Source of the DNA: Lama guanicoe
Taxonomy: Eukaryota
Assembly: GCA_013239625.1 (NCBI GenBank)
Contig: MU054187.1
Location: forward strand, 7,017,757 to 7,081,756
Length of the DNA: 64,000 bases
Direction: 5' to 3'
Of this stretch, positions 62,535-64,000 are shown in pieces. The first letter of the stretch is position 1. Every line of letters begins with the position of its first letter. A model generated the notes under the pieces. It was given only the letters and a program-made list of their open reading frames with translations. It was not told the origin of the DNA and searched no databases. The position numbers and the translations under genes were made by a program.

Positions 62535-62735
62535 GGCATAAGTCATATACCGAGTGCCTACACCTCATACCATTTTATCCCACTAAATGGTAGGTACCAT
62601 TTTCCCAAGTTTTACAGATAAGAAAGCCAAGGTGCCTAGAAGGGGACTCACTTGACCGAGGGCACAGTGGCCGAGGCAGAATTATCATCAGGGACAGCAA
62701 AGCCCACTTTCATTCTGCCAGACCAGCAGTTCTCC
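62535..62735 (-). mobile_element. MIR SINE
   Basis: 'ggtaggtaccattttcccaagtttacagataagaaagccaaggtgcctaga...cacttgaccgagggcacag'. Confidence 0.75.
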
Positions 62736-63280
62736 ACCTCCTTCTCCTGTATCTCATGGAGCAGATGCGTCCACGTACTCAGCACACTCCCCCAGGCGCA
62801 CCTGTGGTTGAGTGCAGTTCCTGGCCTCTTCCTGTAATTCAGCCTTTTTCTCTGCTATTCAGGAAAGCTGATCAGGATGCAAGTTAGAGTGGCATTCTTA
62901 CATGGTAACCTTGAAATTGCTTTAATTTAAAAGGAAAAAAAATTACCCGAACCCTCAACTAAGGCCTTCTGTAGTTGAGCCTCGAATTATTTTAGACAAA
63001 TCTTACTAACACATTGCTCCTTTCTGCCTCCTTCTGTGAGAATAAGGTAGACACACCCTCTTACACTTTCAGGACACGCGGGAGGGCCCATGAGACTTAC
63101 AGCGTGTGTGCAGAGCGAGCCCTGGAGCGCAGATGTGCCAGGCCGAGCTCTGATGTTTCCATAGGAAGCAAAGCAATCCCACAGTACCTTTTTGTTTTGT
63201 TTTTGTGTTTTTTGTGTTTTTTTTTAAGTTTGATAGGGGTTTTTTTTTCATATTTACTATCATTCACCATCATTGCATTC

Positions 63281-63584
63281 TTTTTTATTGAAGTATAGTT
63301 GGTTTGCAATGTTGTGTTAATTTCTGGTGCACAGCATATGGACTCATTCATATATATATATAATATGTGTATTCCTTTTCATATTCTTTTTCATCACAGG
63401 CCATTACAAGTATTGAGTATAGTTCCCTATGCTCTACCGTAGGACCTTGTTGTTTATCTATTTTATATATAGTAGTGTGTATCTACAAATCCCAAACTCC
63501 CAGTTTATCCCTCCCTACCCTCTTTCTCCCCTGGTGACCGTAACCTTGTTTTCTGTGTCTGTGGGTCTGTCTCTGTGTTGTAAA
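63281..63584 (-). mobile_element. 5'-truncated cetartiodactyl/camelid-type L1 3'UTR
   Basis: 'tttattgaagtatagttggtttgcaatgttgtgttaatttctggtgcacagca...tatagttccctatgct...gtaggaccttgttgtttatctattttatatatagtagt...aatcccaaactcccagtttatccctccc'. May extend to ~63680. Confidence 0.9.
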
Positions 63585-64000
63585 GCCCACAGTGTCTCGG
63601 TCGTGGTTCTGGACGCTTCCTCTACGAGCTCGCACGTCGGTGAGTCCGGATTCCACCTGATCTGGCTGCAGCAGGTCTGTTGACCTTGCATTGGCTAGTT
63701 TGCTTTTACTTAATGCGTTTACTCACCACATTCCAGGAGGTTGGGGATGGCTTGCAATAACGTCATGGAACTTGTCACTGTCAACAAATGGAACAACAGT
63801 CCAAAGAACTGAGCAGTGAAATGGGGGTGGGGAGTGATTGGGTGTCTTGAGAATTGGTTACTGCCAGACAGGAAGTGCCTCTGAAACATGAAACAAACAC
63901 TGGAACCATTTTCTGTTTCCACCCCACAGTCCCAAACTCTTTAACAAGTCTCTGTGGTAAACATACTTCACGCACAGCTTCCATTAAGTAGGCTGGAGAA

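Noticed and set aside
1..64000. CRISPR array, operon or other prokaryotic/viral system; intact retroelement ORFs
   Set aside because: No regularly spaced repeat-spacer array, no gene-dense ORF structure, and no intact RT, transposase or integrase; the sequence is mammalian non-coding DNA.

Overview
Mammalian, AT-rich, repeat-rich non-coding DNA (a large intron or an intergenic interval). I found no protein-coding gene, RNA gene, CRISPR array or prokaryotic system that I can support. The ORF track is explained by chance ORFs, microsatellites and transposon remnants. The species is most likely a camelid: there is a tRNA-Ala(AGC)-derived Vic-1-type SINE and several cetartiodactyl/camelid-type L1 3' ends, and I saw no Bov-tA/Bov-A2, PRE-1, CHR-2 or Alu elements. 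Recognisable content: old L1M, L2 and MIR fragments; MaLR (MLT1) and ERVL (MLT2) solo LTRs; DNA-transposon fossils (MER103C, MER46C, MER53, MER5, Charlie5/MER33-like); younger 5'-truncated L1 insertions with target-site duplications (TSDs); and simple repeats. The most interesting non-repeat signals are two compact CpG-retaining cassettes with CCAAT, E-box and GC-box motifs (~4.8 kb and ~54.5 kb), local AT-to-GC substitution bias in two retroposon copies, and several unverified minus-strand exon-like or recursive-splice-like sites. Repeat subfamily names come from recalled consensus sequences, not a database search, and boundaries of old repeats are approximate. I did not find a convincing novel biological system.
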